Assembly (NCBI GenBank): GCA_963674945.2
Contig: CAXXWQ010000002.1
Location: 480,001 to 544,000 of the forward strand
Length of the DNA: 64,000 nt
Origin: an uncultured Desulfosarcina sp.
GTDB lineage: Bacteria > Desulfobacterota > Desulfobacteria > Desulfobacterales > Desulfosarcinaceae
Direction of reading: 5' to 3'
Under the pieces are notes generated by a model, which did not search any database, was not told the origin of the DNA, and worked only from the letters and a program-made list of their open reading frames with translations. Numbering within the stretch: the stretch's first letter is position 1; each line of letters opens with the position of its first letter. This document shows positions 10,423 through 20,403 of this stretch, in pieces. The position numbers and the translations under genes were made by a program.

Positions 10423-12816
10423 ATGCCATCTTCTTTCAAAAATGTCGACACAGTGGCGATCTGTCCGGTATCCGGCCTTCCCGTGAGGGCACGGCCCGAA
10501 TGGACCGACCGTGGTTTCGGACGGGGATATCGCGTCACCGTTCGGGTGATCGGCAGACGTATCCTGTTGGTTCGACCATCGGGACACGCCCGTGCCGACA
10601 GTGTCGACCGTACCCTTGCGTTGACCGGTGAAATCATCAGGGACAATATGGATCCATCTGCCGGTTTTGTTCAACTCATGGACTATTCCCGCCTTCGAAG
10701 TATCTCCCGAAACGGCCGGTTGCGATACATCGACCACGTCGCAAAGCGCAAGAATCTGCTGGGTCTGATCTATTACAATGTCAACCCGCTGTTTCGCCTG
10801 ATGATCAAGTTTACCATTCGACTCGGTCCCGGTACGGTTGACGTCCACATCGCAAAGGATTACACGGCGGCCGTTCACTTGGCAATGGCGCTTCTGGGAG
10901 GTGAACCGGCGGGCAGGCCAAAAAATGCGCCGGTCGTCGACTATGCCGCACTCGGGATTACCGAACATCACGAGGCCGGCCGGCATATCCTGCGTTGCGA
11001 CAGCTGGAACATTGCCTTTGATGACTACTCGGTATCCGTGGAGGTGATCGACGGCCGTATCTATCATGCGCGATCTTCCGGTATCCTGTGTGATCATCAT
11101 ATCGAAGGGATTTCCCGACTCCGGGAGCGGGTGCGGGAGATGCTCAGGCTGGAAAACGGCTTTCCGGCCATCGTGACGGGTGCCACTGATAATCATGCGG
11201 GGAACCGGAAGGCCCGTAAAAAATATATGGACTCTTTGAAAAAATGGCATGAGCAATACCCCATGGCCCTGTACGTCTTTTACAATGCCAACTGGTTCAT
11301 TCGCAGCGCCGCCATGCTGGCCATTCCATTCATGCCCTTTCCGGTTAAAATATCTCATGACCTGTCGGGTGCCATGGGTGTTGTGGATCGGTTCACCGGG
11401 ACCGTTCCGACCGATGCACCGAAGAAACTGTCGCCGGAATCCGAAGCGGAGGATCCACAGCACGTGGTTCATCAGCTGCTGCAATTTATCGGTGATATCG
11501 AATGGGACCGCAGGGGGGCCGCCAAACCCGGCCATGTGCCGGCGGACCACCCATTTCGTCCGGTTTTCGACGCGGTGGCCCTGGTCAAAGGGGAACTGGA
11601 CGAACTCTTCGAAGAACGGCGGTTGGCGGAGCAGCGGCTCGTGGAGAGTCAACGCCGTTTCGACGAGGTACTGAAATTTTCGCGCGATGTCCTCTACAAA
11701 CGCGACCTGAGGACCGGCACCGTCGACTATGTCAGCGACGCCGTCGAGGACCTGCTCGAGATACCGTCCGAGGTTGTTCGTCGGGATGGACTGGATGGGG
11801 TCAAGCAGTTGATCCACCCGGAAGATCTTCCCCGCTTTGATGGATTTATTCAAAGCCTCATGGGCAACACTGCCCCGCCCAACGGTGAACCTGTCATCGA
11901 GTATCGCGTCAAAAACCGCCAGGGTGAATACCGATGGTTCAGTGACAGCATCACCGTCGTACGAGACGATGGGGGTGAGCCCGCATACATCATCGGCAGC
12001 AGCCGGGATGTCTCCCGAATCAAGAAGCTGGAGTTGGAGCGTTTGAAGGTCGCCGAGCAACTGCAACACTCGCGAAAATTGGAGGCCGTACATACCATGG
12101 CCGGCGGGGTCGCCCACAATTTCAACAATCTGCTGACGGTTGTGCTGGGGAATCTGGAAATGATGCGGCTGGAAACGCCGGCCGGCAGCCGATTGCATCG
12201 AAACATCAGCACGGCGGAAAAATCCGCCCAGCGGGCCGCCGAGCTTGGCGCTCTTTTGCTAACTTACCTGGGACAAGGGGAGATGAACCCCCAGGATTTC
12301 GACTTGCATACCATTGTGTCGGAAATGGTGGATGTGCTGAAAAAGTCCTTTGCCGGGCGTGCTACCCTGGTACTGGCACCTGCCGATTCTGCGACATGGA
12401 TCAATGCCGATCCCGCAAATGTGTGTCAGGTCATCAACAATCTGGTTGCCAATGCGGTGGAGGCTTCGGAAGATCGGCCGCCAATCATTCAACTGACGGT
12501 TGGCAGCCGTTTTTGCGATGCGGCGGCACTTACCCGGCTGGAGACCGGCGGGGAGGAATTGTCCCCCGGCCGTTACAGCTGGTTGCAGATCTCCGACAAC
12601 GGCGGTGGAATGGATCGGGAGATCTTGGACAAGGTTTTCGATCCCTTTTTCACAACCAAATTTACCGGTCGGGGGCTTGGCATGGCAACGGTCCTGGGTG
12701 TCATGCGCGCCCATCAAGGAGGCGTTTTTGTCGAAAGTTGGAAGGGGAAGGGGACGACGGTCATCGTCTACTTCCCGGCTCCGGACCCGGAAGATGTTGA
12801 GAAGTCTTTCGATTGA
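10423..12816 (+). CDS. PAS-domain sensor histidine kinase with duplicated uncharacterised N-terminal domain
   Basis: PAS (LIHPED...EYRV...YRWF), H-box AGGVAHNFNNLL, N-box NLVANA, G1 DNGGG, F-box FDPFFTTK, G2 GRGLG; no receiver domain. Confidence 0.9.
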   Translation: MPSSFKNVDTVAICPVSGLPVRARPEWTDRGFGRGYRVTVRVIGRRILLVRPSGHARADSVDRTLALTGEIIRDNMDPSAGFVQLMDYSRLRSISRNGRLRYIDHVAKRKNLLGLIYYNVNPLFRLMIKFTIRLGPGTVDVHIAKDYTAAVHLAMALLGGEPAGRPKNAPVVDYAALGITEHHEAGRHILRCDSWNIAFDDYSVSVEVIDGRIYHARSSGILCDHHIEGISRLRERVREMLRLENGFPAIVTGATDNHAGNRKARKKYMDSLKKWHEQYPMALYVFYNANWFIRSAAMLAIPFMPFPVKISHDLSGAMGVVDRFTGTVPTDAPKKLSPESEAEDPQHVVHQLLQFIGDIEWDRRGAAKPGHVPADHPFRPVFDAVALVKGELDELFEERRLAEQRLVESQRRFDEVLKFSRDVLYKRDLRTGTVDYVSDAVEDLLEIPSEVVRRDGLDGVKQLIHPEDLPRFDGFIQSLMGNTAPPNGEPVIEYRVKNRQGEYRWFSDSITVVRDDGGEPAYIIGSSRDVSRIKKLELERLKVAEQLQHSRKLEAVHTMAGGVAHNFNNLLTVVLGNLEMMRLETPAGSRLHRNISTAEKSAQRAAELGALLLTYLGQGEMNPQDFDLHTIVSEMVDVLKKSFAGRATLVLAPADSATWINADPANVCQVINNLVANAVEASEDRPPIIQLTVGSRFCDAAALTRLETGGEELSPGRYSWLQISDNGGGMDREILDKVFDPFFTTKFTGRGLGMATVLGVMRAHQGGVFVESWKGKGTTVIVYFPAPDPEDVEKSFD

Positions 12817-12871
12817 CGCATTTACTTTGCTTTTCAGCATCATGGGTTGATGAAGCTGTAAACGGGTCTTG

Positions 12872-12995
12872 GACGGCTTCGTAAAAAGTACGAGATCAAG
12901 GCTTGCGAACCCCGAGGAATGAGGCGTATTGATGATACGTCGCAGTGACGAGGGGTGAAGTGTAACGCCGATATCGGACTTTTTACGAAGCCGTC
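12872..12995. repeat. dispersed palindromic element, type A copy 2
   Basis: Perfect 18-bp TIR GACGGCTTCGTAAAAAGT / ACTTTTTACGAAGCCGTC; reverse-complement homolog of 5824-5948. Confidence 0.9.
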
Positions 12996-13416
12996 AGGAG
13001 TTGAGCCGTTGCTCCCAGTCAAACTCCTTATCGGTCACCACGTCCTCCATGCGCTGAATTCGGCGGTTCAATCTTTCAAACTGACGTTTCATGCGATACA
13101 CCGACCCCTTTCGGAAACGGGTATAGCTGTCGTAAAATTCCTGCTCGTCGATACTCTCCAAAGGGATGATCGGTGCTTTCTTCATGAGTATCGCGGCGAG
13201 CAGGTACAAAACGACGATGGGCCAGAATCCGCTGAAAATGAAAACGATGACCCCGATCGTTCTCAACCAGAAGACCGACAAATCGAAGTATTCGGCCAAT
13301 CCTTTGAAAACGCCTAAGATCATGCCATTTCGAGACCGGTACAGGCCCTTTGCCGAGCCGCCATTTCCTTCGAATGACATTGGATCGGAATATCTATTTT
13401 CCCTGTATCTGTTCAT
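12994..13416 (-). CDS. pspC: phage shock protein C
   Basis: LYRSRNGMILGVFKGLAEYF PspC motif, TM helix, C-terminal RIQRMEDVVT; third gene after pspA-pspB. Confidence 0.92.
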   Translation of the reverse strand: MNRYRENRYSDPMSFEGNGGSAKGLYRSRNGMILGVFKGLAEYFDLSVFWLRTIGVIVFIFSGFWPIVVLYLLAAILMKKAPIIPLESIDEQEFYDSYTRFRKGSVYRMKRQFERLNRRIQRMEDVVTDKEFDWEQRLNS

Positions 13417-13419
13417 TTG

Positions 13420-13662
13420 TTACTCTTCCTTGCGTTCTTTTTCCAGAAGAATTGTCTCCAGCGCTTCCACACGCGCTTCCATTTTGGTGAGACCGTGATA
13501 GATTTCCTGTATCATTTTGGCTTCTTCATCGGCCAATCCCCGGTTGCTGCCGGATACACTTCCCTTCAACATCTTGATGGCAAACAGGATTGTCGCCGGA
13601 ATGATCGCCAGGGCAATAATGATGCTACCAAATGTGATGGCTACGATGAGCACCTGGTGCAT
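13420..13662 (-). CDS. pspB: phage shock protein B-like membrane protein
   Basis: N-terminal TM helix followed by MEARVEALETIL; between pspA and pspC. Confidence 0.85.
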   Translation of the reverse strand: MHQVLIVAITFGSIIIALAIIPATILFAIKMLKGSVSGSNRGLADEEAKMIQEIYHGLTKMEARVEALETILLEKERKEE

Positions 13663-13686
13663 GGTGGTTTTCTCTCCCCTAAAACC

Positions 13687-13864
13687 GACGGCTTCGTAAA
13701 ACGTTTTTCCAGGCCATAGATGGCCAGACCGTGTTACAAAAGAAACTCATTCTTCCAAGATCTTGCCGATGAATTGGATGGGAAACGCTTTTTATATAAA
13801 GTCTTTTCAATTTGTGTCGATGAACGAGTTCCTTTAGAAATCCGACTTTCTGCGAATTCATCAA
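13687..13864. repeat. dispersed element, type B copy 1 (degenerate)
   Basis: Starts GACGGCTTCGTAAAA, contains TTTCCAGGCCATAGATGGCCAGAC and GGAAACGCTTTTTA; homologous to 41620-41765. Confidence 0.75.
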
Positions 13865-13871
13865 AACATGG

Positions 13872-14552
13872 TTAGGCGGAAATTTCCGGTTTGTCCACAT
13901 TTTTTCTGGACTTTAACGCGGCCAGTTCACTTTCAATCTCCTCGTCGACCATCAGGTGGTCGAAGGCCTCCTCCAGTGTCGTTTTTTTGCCAAGGTTCAC
14001 CAAATCCGCTTCGGATTCGAGCCGTTCGATCCGATTTTCAAATTGATTGAATCGCCGTATCGCCTCTTCGCTGTCCATTCGGCGGATCTCTTCTTCCGCC
14101 TGAATTTTTTTGCGGGCATGGATGTGCCGCTGTACCAGGACGCGCTGTTTTTCGCGGGCAGACCGCAATTTGTCTTCGAGCTGGCAGATATCTGCCTTGT
14201 ATTTGTCCACCAGATCACCCAACTCCATCAACTCGGTTTCCAGTACTTGCGTTTTTTGTGAAAACCTTCGTTTTTCCATCAGGGCTTCCCGTGCCAGATC
14301 GTCCCGACCTTTGCTGACGGCGAGGGTTGCCTTGTCATTCCAGCCTGTTTCCCGTGCCTTTACATGGTCAAGCTGTCGTTGAACCGTCTTTTTGTTGGCC
14401 ATCACCCCAGCACACGCGGACTTGATCTCCACAAGCGTGTCCTCCATTTCCCGGATCATCAGACGAATCATCTTTTCCGGATCTTCCGCGCGATCCAGCA
14501 TTGAATTGATGTTGGCGCTGACGATATCTCTGAATCTCGTAAATATACCCAT
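13872..14552 (-). CDS. pspA: phage shock protein A
   Basis: MGIFTRFRDIVSANINSMLDRAEDPEKMIRLMIREMEDTLVE, DDLAREAL, coiled coil. Confidence 0.97.
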   Translation of the reverse strand: MGIFTRFRDIVSANINSMLDRAEDPEKMIRLMIREMEDTLVEIKSACAGVMANKKTVQRQLDHVKARETGWNDKATLAVSKGRDDLAREALMEKRRFSQKTQVLETELMELGDLVDKYKADICQLEDKLRSAREKQRVLVQRHIHARKKIQAEEEIRRMDSEEAIRRFNQFENRIERLESEADLVNLGKKTTLEEAFDHLMVDEEIESELAALKSRKNVDKPEISA

Positions 14553-14642
14553 GGATCTCCTCCCGTTTTTCTCTTTGGTTCATAAGAACATGGTCCTTTG
14601 GGCCAACTTTAAAGATAAATCATTCTGTCGTATGCTTGTTAC

Positions 14643-14776
14643 AAGAATCCAGGCGTCAGAATGTGGAATCCAGAATCAGGTACTCGCCTTCGGCTCGATC
14701 CATCTGATCCAATAGATGGTCCAATTGATGGTCCAATCGACGGAGCGTAGCGACATCAATTTCATTCTGACTCCTG
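14643..14776. repeat. dispersed stem-loop element, type E copy 1
   Basis: First 63 nt nearly identical to 49911-49973; CAGGCGTCAGAATG pairs with CATTCTGACTCCTG (14763-14776); internal 12-nt triplication TCCAATnGAyGG at 14708-14743. Confidence 0.8.
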
Positions 14777-14800
14777 TTGGCCCTATACTGTTCACCAAAA

Positions 14801-14817
14801 AGCACCATTTGTGCCAA
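14801..14817 (-). promoter_or_regulatory. sigma54 (-24/-12) promoter of pspABC
   Basis: Minus strand TTGGCACAAATGGTGCT: GG-N10-GC with TGGCAC; faces pspA, divergent from the sigma54 activator pspF. Confidence 0.85.
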
Positions 14818-14835
14818 AAATGGTTTATTTTGCGA

Positions 14836-14848
14836 TATCAAGTTGTTA
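14836..14848 (+). promoter_or_regulatory. IHF-binding site
   Basis: TATCAAGTTGTTA matches WATCAANNNNTTR exactly and lies between the sigma54 site and the candidate UAS. Confidence 0.7.
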
Positions 14849-14882
14849 ACACTCTTATTGCCTTGACGAACGGATACAAAAA

Positions 14883-14917
14883 TGGCAAAATAAACCAATT
14901 TATGGTTGATTTACCCA
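14883..14917. promoter_or_regulatory. candidate PspF upstream activator sites (two TGG-N9-CCA boxes)
   Basis: TGGCAAAATAAACCA (14883-14897) and TGGTTGATTTACCCA (14903-14917), 20 bp apart. Confidence 0.5.
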
Positions 14918-14936
14918 ATAATTGTGAAAAAAAGCC

Positions 14937-16001
14937 ATGGATACCTTGTCCCGGATCACAAACAACGTGCATGCCCAATCCTCATCCCAGCGGGAAATCA
15001 CCGAGGCCTTAGGGCAATCCGAAGTTTTTCTATCCTTCCAGGAGAGGATATCGAAGATTGCCCCCATCAACCGTCCGGTCCTGATCGTCGGCGAGCGCGG
15101 ATCGGGAAAGGAATTGGCGGCTTCGCGGCTTCATTTCCTGTCCAAGCGCTGGCAGAATCCGTTTGTCACCTTAAATTGTTCCGCCCTTTCCCCGTCGCTT
15201 ATCGAATCCGAGCTGTTTGGTCATGAAAAGGGCGCTTTCACCGGTGCAAGCGGACAACGCACCGGGCGATTCGAAATCGCGGATCGAGGCAGTTTGTTTC
15301 TCGATGAGATCGGCAACATTCCGCTGGAGGCCCAGGAAAAGATATTGCGTGTGGTGGAGTACGGCACTTTCGAACGGGTGGGTAGTTCGGTCCCCACCCG
15401 TGTGGATGTGCGGATCATCGCCGCAACAAACGTCGATCTGTCGCTTCGGGCAGAGGAAGGAACGTTCATGCGGGATCTTCTGGACCGGCTTTCCTTCGAG
15501 GTGCTGTATATCCCACCGCTTCGCGAACGAAAAGGGGATGTATTGCTTTTGGCCAACCATTTTGCGGCCCGGATGGCCTTTGAAATCGGGATGGAAATCA
15601 TTCCCCGGTTCAGTCAAAAGGCCCTTTGCGCCCTTGAAACGTATCGCTGGCCGGGAAACATCCGTGAGTTGAAAAACGCGGTGGAACGGGCCGTCTACCA
15701 ATCGGACGGCCCGGTGATTCGCAGCCTCGTATTCAATCCGTTTGCCAATCCCTATGAAAATTCTGCTGGAAATCAAACAAAATTGGTGCAAGAATCCGGA
15801 AAAGGGAACGAAGACCAACTTCTCAACGAAGCGTATCTTCTTGACACGTCATTGGACGAAGCCGTTTGGGATCTGAAAGTACGATTTTTAAAGCAGGCAC
15901 TGATCAAGGCGAATTACAATCAAAAAAAAGCGGCCGCTCTCCTTGGGATGACCTACCATCAGTTTCGTGCGTTGTATCGCAAGTATAAGAAAGAGATATG
16001 A
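14937..16001 (+). CDS. pspF: psp operon sigma54-dependent activator
   Basis: GERGSGKE, GAFTGA, LFLDEI, DLLDRLSF, WPGNIRELKN, C-terminal HTH TYHQFR; no N-terminal regulatory domain; divergent from pspA. Confidence 0.95.
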   Translation: MDTLSRITNNVHAQSSSQREITEALGQSEVFLSFQERISKIAPINRPVLIVGERGSGKELAASRLHFLSKRWQNPFVTLNCSALSPSLIESELFGHEKGAFTGASGQRTGRFEIADRGSLFLDEIGNIPLEAQEKILRVVEYGTFERVGSSVPTRVDVRIIAATNVDLSLRAEEGTFMRDLLDRLSFEVLYIPPLRERKGDVLLLANHFAARMAFEIGMEIIPRFSQKALCALETYRWPGNIRELKNAVERAVYQSDGPVIRSLVFNPFANPYENSAGNQTKLVQESGKGNEDQLLNEAYLLDTSLDEAVWDLKVRFLKQALIKANYNQKKAAALLGMTYHQFRALYRKYKKEI

Positions 16002-18814
16002 AAAAAAAGGTCAAATTCATACGACTCCTTCGTGTTTGGGGAATTTTGTTTTTGATGGTGCTGGGTATGTGCTACGCAACCATCGATACGGTGATTTCGT
16101 ATCGTGACCTCGACTTTCGTGCCAACGAGATCCGCTCGGAAACCATCGACCGCCAAAAACAGATCATCAAACGGGAAGTCATTCGTGTGGTCGATATGAT
16201 TCGATATGAAAAATCCCGTAGCGAGGAGGTGACCAGGAAAAAAATTCAATCAAGGGTCTATGAGGCATATGCTGTCGCTCGACATATTTATGAAACCAAC
16301 AAAGACGCCGAGCCGAGGGAAAAAATTGAGCAAATGGTCACAGACGCCTTGCGGCCCATCCGATTTGAAAACGGTGTCGGTTACTATTTTGCCACCCGCT
16401 TCGATGGTGTCGAGATGCTGTTTTCAGATCGACCGCAAATGGAGGGTTTGAACCTTCTCGACATGAAGGATACCCGCGGTCAATATGTCATTCGCGATAT
16501 GATCGAGATCGCCAGGGGACCAGGCGAAGGATTCTATGAATATCATTGGACGAAGCCGAAATTTACGGGAAATGAATTCAAGAAGATATCTTTCGTCAAA
16601 CGGTTTGAACCGTGGGACTGGTTTATCGGAACGGGATTATACGTCGAGGATATTGAACACCAGATCAAAGAAGACCTTTTGACTGCCATCAGCAAAATTC
16701 GGTTTGGAAAAGAAGGCTATGTTTTTGTCAACAGATTGAATGGAGACGCCCTGGTCTCCAACGGAAGGCGCTTTTCCGGGACGAAGAAGCTGTGGGAGGT
16801 TTTCGGCAATGATCCCGAAAATATGAAGGCCATTTTTCAACAAGAGCGCCGGGCGGCCGAAAAACCCGACGGCGATTTTATCTACTATTCCCACGTTAAG
16901 TTGACCGATCCGCAAAACGCCTCACCCAAGGTCTCTTTCATTTTCGGTGTGCCGGAACTGAACTGGCTCGTGGGTGGCGGTGTGTATCTTGATGACCTGG
17001 AAGCCGACATTGCATTGATGCAAGCAGAACTGAAAAACCAGATCAAAACGAAAATGCTCTACCTGCTTTTCGTCGTCACCGTTATTTTGGGTCTGTTTTT
17101 TCTTCTTTTCAGTTGGTTGAACAACAGGCTCAGGGGTGATCTTCATTTTTTCGTCTCTTTTTTAAACCGGGCGGCACAATCGGATGAAAAGATCGACAGA
17201 GGTGAGATAAAGTTTGAAGAGTTCGACCAGATGGCGCAACATGCCAACAAGATGCTGGCGGACCGCAGACTGGCGGAAGATGCCCTTCGCAAGAGCGAAG
17301 AAAAGTGGCGGCATATTCTCGTCAATACCCCACAACTCTGCGTATCCCTGAATCCAGGAGGAAAGATCGTCTTTGCCAACGAGCATTTTCAGAAGTTGAT
17401 CGGGTACGATGAAGCGGAAATCCAAAGCCAGGACGGCTTTGACCTTTTCGTTCCCGAAAACAAACACAAAGAGGCCCACGATCTGTTTACGGATTTTTTA
17501 AGAAACAATCCCGATTTTTCGACATTTGAGTATGACATTCTCACAAAAGAAGGTCAGCTGCGCCACATTGCGTGGGCGAGTGTGCCGACGAAAGATACCG
17601 ATGGACAAATTTCGGAGGTGACCTGTCTGGGGCTCGATTTAACGGAAAAAATAAAACTGGAGGAACAGCTTCGCCAGGCCAAGAAAATGGAGTCCATCGG
17701 TACACTGGCCGGCGGCATCGCCCACGACTTCAACAATATCCTGTCCGCCATCATCGGGTATACCGAACTGGCGCAGATGAAATCAGAGGCGGATGCGAAG
17801 ATTCATCATTATTTGAAAGGCGTGCTCGATGCCAGCACACGGGCGAAAAATCTGATCCAGCAGATCCTGACCTTCAGCCGCCAGACAAAAGATGAGAAAA
17901 AACCGGTGCATTTACATATCATCTTACAAGAGGCCCTAAAACTCTTGCGATCGACGTTGCCCACCACCATCGATATCCGTACAACCATTCAAAGTGATTC
18001 CGTTGTGCTGAGTGATCCGACCCAACTTCACCAGATTATCATGAACCTGTGTACCAATGCGGCCCATGCCATGGGCGACAAGGGGGGGACGATCAACATT
18101 TCCCTGGATGACGTGGACCTTGGTGCCGATTTTTGTTCTTTGCACCCGGAGGTCCAGCCGGGTGCATACCAGAGACTGACGGTCGGCGATACCGGATGCG
18201 GGATGACACCCGAAACACTGGGTCAAATTTTCGATCCTTTTTTCACCACGAAGGAAAAAGGCGATGGAACGGGTCTGGGGTTATCGGTCGTTCACGGCAT
18301 TGTAAAAAGTTGCGGCGGCATGATCACGGTTGACAGCCGGCCGCACCAGGGAACAGTCTTTTCCATATATTTCCCGATTATTGCCAGCCATGTGGAGGAA
18401 GAGGTCAAAGAAAAGAAAAACATCCCCACCGGAACAGAGCATATTCTTATCGTGGATGACGAGAAAGCGATTATCGACATTACCCGAAGACATCTCTCCA
18501 CACTGGGCTACACGGTCACAACCATGTCTGGCGGACGCGAGGCATTATCGCTTTTCAAGGCAAACCCCGCCGAATTTGATCTGGTCATTACGGATATGAC
18601 CATGCCACAGATGACCGGCGATATACTGGCCCGGGAACTGATGACGATACGGCCTGAAATCCCCGTAATTCTGTGTACCGGGTTCAGCGATAAGGTCAAC
18701 GGCGAAACAGCCAAACAAATTGGTATCAAGGCCCTTTTGATAAAACCACTTCTTCGGGAAGAGATGGCAAATATCGTCCGAAGGGTTTTGGATGGGGCAA
18801 AGGATGTTTATTAG
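15998..18814 (+). CDS. Cache-domain membrane hybrid histidine kinase (PAS, HisKA, HATPase, REC)
   Basis: Two TM segments around duplicated Cache-like repeats (GYYF...[12 protein letters not shown]...WLVGGGVY), [23 protein letters not shown]...DMTMP...KP. Confidence 0.93.
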   Translation: MKKKVKFIRLLRVWGILFLMVLGMCYATIDTVISYRDLDFRANEIRSETIDRQKQIIKREVIRVVDMIRYEKSRSEEVTRKKIQSRVYEAYAVARHIYETNKDAEPREKIEQMVTDALRPIRFENGVGYYFATRFDGVEMLFSDRPQMEGLNLLDMKDTRGQYVIRDMIEIARGPGEGFYEYHWTKPKFTGNEFKKISFVKRFEPWDWFIGTGLYVEDIEHQIKEDLLTAISKIRFGKEGYVFVNRLNGDALVSNGRRFSGTKKLWEVFGNDPENMKAIFQQERRAAEKPDGDFIYYSHVKLTDPQNASPKVSFIFGVPELNWLVGGGVYLDDLEADIALMQAELKNQIKTKMLYLLFVVTVILGLFFLLFSWLNNRLRGDLHFFVSFLNRAAQSDEKIDRGEIKFEEFDQMAQHANKMLADRRLAEDALRKSEEKWRHILVNTPQLCVSLNPGGKIVFANEHFQKLIGYDEAEIQSQDGFDLFVPENKHKEAHDLFTDFLRNNPDFSTFEYDILTKEGQLRHIAWASVPTKDTDGQISEVTCLGLDLTEKIKLEEQLRQAKKMESIGTLAGGIAHDFNNILSAIIGYTELAQMKSEADAKIHHYLKGVLDASTRAKNLIQQILTFSRQTKDEKKPVHLHIILQEALKLLRSTLPTTIDIRTTIQSDSVVLSDPTQLHQIIMNLCTNAAHAMGDKGGTINISLDDVDLGADFCSLHPEVQPGAYQRLTVGDTGCGMTPETLGQIFDPFFTTKEKGDGTGLGLSVVHGIVKSCGGMITVDSRPHQGTVFSIYFPIIASHVEEEVKEKKNIPTGTEHILIVDDEKAIIDITRRHLSTLGYTVTTMSGGREALSLFKANPAEFDLVITDMTMPQMTGDILARELMTIRPEIPVILCTGFSDKVNGETAKQIGIKALLIKPLLREEMANIVRRVLDGAKDVY

Positions 18815-18884
18815 AATTGACGGATAAAATAATCCTGTTCGTGGGAACCCGAATTCCGAAAGTCGAGAAAAGTGAGTGCCGTCC

Positions 18885-19754
18885 CTATGACACCATTTTT
18901 TCCCGAACCTTGGCGGTGACGGCCAGATTCAGATTCATCCCCAGTTCTTTCCACGATAGCCCCATGGCCAGTCCGAGCAGCTGGGGCAAATACAAAACGG
19001 CGATGGAAAGATCCTCGCCGGCGATGCCGGATGCCCTGGATTGCCACGCCTCCAGGTTCATCTGGCACATGGGGCACACCGTGACGATGAGATCCGCTCC
19101 CTTCGCCGCCTGTAAGATGGCGGTCACCCGTTCGATGCCGGCATCCGGCTGGGTGCTCACCAGGGCGGCGCCACAGCAGCGGCCCCCCATTTCCCATGGA
19201 TGGACGGCGGCACCGGTGGCCGCGATCAACGGCGCCATGGTGAATGGACGTTCCGGATCATCGAATACCACGTACGGCCGGAGGCACTGGCATCCATAGT
19301 AAGGGGCCACGGTCAAGCCGGAGAGTGAACGGCTGACGAGTGTTTCCAATCGATTCGCTCCCAAATCCATGGCCAGCACATCCAGCAGGTGACGCACCCG
19401 GAGCCTTCCCGTCGCCGTGAGGTCAACGGCCGAAAGGGCTTCATTGATCGCTTCCCGCCCAACAGGGTCGCTTACCAAGGCGTCCTGGGCTTTTTTCAGA
19501 TTCAGGTAACAGGCGCTGCAGGGCACCAGGATCTGTCCAATGTCGGACTTTCGTTCGGCCAGGGCCAGGTTGCGGGCACTCAACGACAATGCCAGCAGGT
19601 CACTGATCGGCGCGGCGGCACTGGCACCGCAGCAGGTCCATTGTTCGATCTCCGTCAAGCCGAAACCGGCAGCGGCCAATAGCGCCCGGGTGGCCATATC
19701 GTATTCGCGGGCCGAGGCGGTCAGGCTGCATCCCGGGTAGTACAGGTAATTCAT
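18885..19754 (-). CDS. hdrB: heterodisulfide reductase subunit B (CCG domains)
   Basis: True start MNYLYYPGCSL at 19754 (AAGGGGG RBS); WTCCGA, PCSAC, PYYGC, CCG, VCPMCQMNL. Confidence 0.93.
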   Translation of the reverse strand: MNYLYYPGCSLTASAREYDMATRALLAAAGFGLTEIEQWTCCGASAAAPISDLLALSLSARNLALAERKSDIGQILVPCSACYLNLKKAQDALVSDPVGREAINEALSAVDLTATGRLRVRHLLDVLAMDLGANRLETLVSRSLSGLTVAPYYGCQCLRPYVVFDDPERPFTMAPLIAATGAAVHPWEMGGRCCGAALVSTQPDAGIERVTAILQAAKGADLIVTVCPMCQMNLEAWQSRASGIAGEDLSIAVLYLPQLLGLAMGLSWKELGMNLNLAVTAKVREKMVS

Positions 19755-19789
19755 CCGTTTCCCCCTTATTTCTGGACAGACACTGATAT

Positions 19790-20371
19790 TTAATCGTTCG
19801 TCGGCCGCTCGTGGCGGGGATCGGCCTCCATGGCCGCCACCTTGTCGAAAAGGCCGTGCAATGACGTTTCGGGCAGATGTTTGCCCCCCATCTCCAGCTT
19901 TCCCTTCTGCATCAATTTCCATCCCAAAGGGGTGAAGCTGATTGGCGCCATGGGGTTTTTCATGGCCATAAAGTAGCGGGTCATGAACGCCATCTCCCGA
20001 ACACGGCCGTGGTGGCGCACCGATTCCAGAAAGTGTTCGTAGAAGAGCCGGCTGCTCCGGTGCCGTTTCTGCCGGCGAGCGAAGGCGATACCCTTGAGCC
20101 GCTCCATGGCGTGTGTCAATGGGAGTCCCCGGGGACAGCGAAGGGTACAGGTGTAGCAATCCGAACAGAGAATGAACGTCCGGCTGGCCATGATGTCGTC
20201 GAGGCGGTTCATGAGCACCATCCGCCACATGAGCCGCGGTGTCAGGTCCATCTCCGGTTCGTTGGGACACGAGGCGGTGCAGGTGCCGCATTGAATGCAG
20301 GCACCGACCATACTGCGGATTTCGGCAAGGGCATCGATTTCGGATGGTGTATCGTTTTTCATCGTGGCCAT
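19790..20371 (-). CDS. hdrC: heterodisulfide reductase subunit C
   Basis: CIQCGTCTASCP and CSDCYTCTLRCPRG; directly upstream of hdrB. Confidence 0.92.
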   Translation of the reverse strand: MATMKNDTPSEIDALAEIRSMVGACIQCGTCTASCPNEPEMDLTPRLMWRMVLMNRLDDIMASRTFILCSDCYTCTLRCPRGLPLTHAMERLKGIAFARRQKRHRSSRLFYEHFLESVRHHGRVREMAFMTRYFMAMKNPMAPISFTPLGWKLMQKGKLEMGGKHLPETSLHGLFDKVAAMEADPRHERPTND

Positions 20372-20403
20372 AAAGTAGGTCCTTTTTTAAGAATTCATCT
20401 TGT

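Noticed and set aside
14708..14743. 12-nt triple repeat as a mini CRISPR array
   Set aside because: No spacers, units too short, no cas genes; it is part of the type E element.
19755..20291. 468-aa HdrB with a long N-terminal extension
   Set aside because: The extension overlaps hdrC in another frame; the true start is 19754 with an RBS.
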